Below are positions 63,753 through 64,000 of a stretch of DNA of 64,000 nt, piece after piece. A model generated the notes under the pieces. It worked only from the letters and a program-made list of their open reading frames with translations, made no database searches and had not been told where the DNA came from. The stretch's first letter is position 1; each line of letters begins with the position of its first letter. A program made the translations under genes and the position numbers. This DNA comes from Candidatus Peregrinibacteria bacterium (GTDB taxonomy: Bacteria; Patescibacteriota; Gracilibacteria; UBA1369; LOWO2-01-FULL-3): contig JAPLYN010000005.1 of NCBI GenBank assembly GCA_026395515.1, positions 111,521 through 175,520 of the forward strand, read 5' to 3'.

Positions 63753-64000
63753 CAAAAATGGACTTAAATTGCATATTTCACTTTGCCGCTTCACACTTTC
63801 TCACAAAGTATCACGGCAAATGCGAAAACCTACACGGACACAATTATAAATTAATCGTTACTATTTCCGATACAGTTAAAGAAGACGGTATGGTAATTGA
63901 TTTCAAGATCATTAAGGAAAAAGTAAATTCACTAGTTATTGATATACTTGATCACAAACACTTAAACGACATCATTGATAACCCATCAGCAGAAAACGTA
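63749..64000 (+). CDS. queD: 6-carboxytetrahydropterin synthase / PTPS-family enzyme (QueD-like), 5' part; runs off the window
   Basis: My own translation from the ATG at 63749 (ATGA overlap with the folP stop) gives MTKMDLNCIFHFAASHFLTKYHGKCENLHGHNYKLIVTI...DHKHLND. It contains the CxxxHGH motif. Confidence 0.7.
   Translation, partial: MTKMDLNCIFHFAASHFLTKYHGKCENLHGHNYKLIVTISDTVKEDGMVIDFKIIKEKVNSLVIDILDHKHLNDIIDNPSAENV

Overview
All family calls below come from reading motifs in the supplied translations; no searches were run.

The window is about 64 kb of a very compact, low-GC bacterial genome. Spot counts give 22/60 G+C in a typical gene. The genetic code is standard: TGA ends genes, for example in the ATGA stop/start overlaps at 42736-42739 and 63749-63752.

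Gene content:
- Translation and replication genes: aspS, valS, glyQS, cysS, dnaE, tsf, rpsB, der, dtd, tsaE, queA and thiI.
- Cell-envelope genes: murC, murJ, ftsB-like, an M23-SLH hydrolase and a 3D/PG-binding hydrolase.
- Cofactor fragments: nadA/nadC, ribD/ribBA and folP/queD.
- Five tRNAs.
- Two paralogous VirD4/TraD-type ATPases and a VirB2-like pilin candidate.
- Two sigma-region-4/HARE-HTH proteins.
- Two split partner-switching modules.

The overall flavour is CPR/Patescibacteria-like, possibly Peregrinibacteria-like; this is an inference. I saw no rRNA, CRISPR array, transposase, integrase or reverse transcriptase.

Most unusual regions:
1. A bipartite high-GC island lies at about 28.25-31.42 kb. 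Two exported-protein genes with about 67% GC in spot counts, each retaining a canonical SD site, bracket an ultra-AT-rich orphan gene. Each GC-rich gene follows an inward-facing consensus promoter and a ~350-nt structured leader. The island sits between a VirD4-like gene and a tRNA-fMet/tRNA-Met pair.
2. An operon at 37760-41697 encodes a PKD-7TM protein and a single polypeptide fusing a RimK-like ATP-grasp ligase to a DUF1704 (QEGLA-motif) metallocarboxypeptidase.
3. The uvrC gene has a GNAT-like domain inserted in its endonuclease half and lacks the C-terminal HhH tail.
4. The partner-switching modules are linked to a transporter-HEAT fusion and to a PrsW-TPR protease, with no cognate sigma factor nearby.
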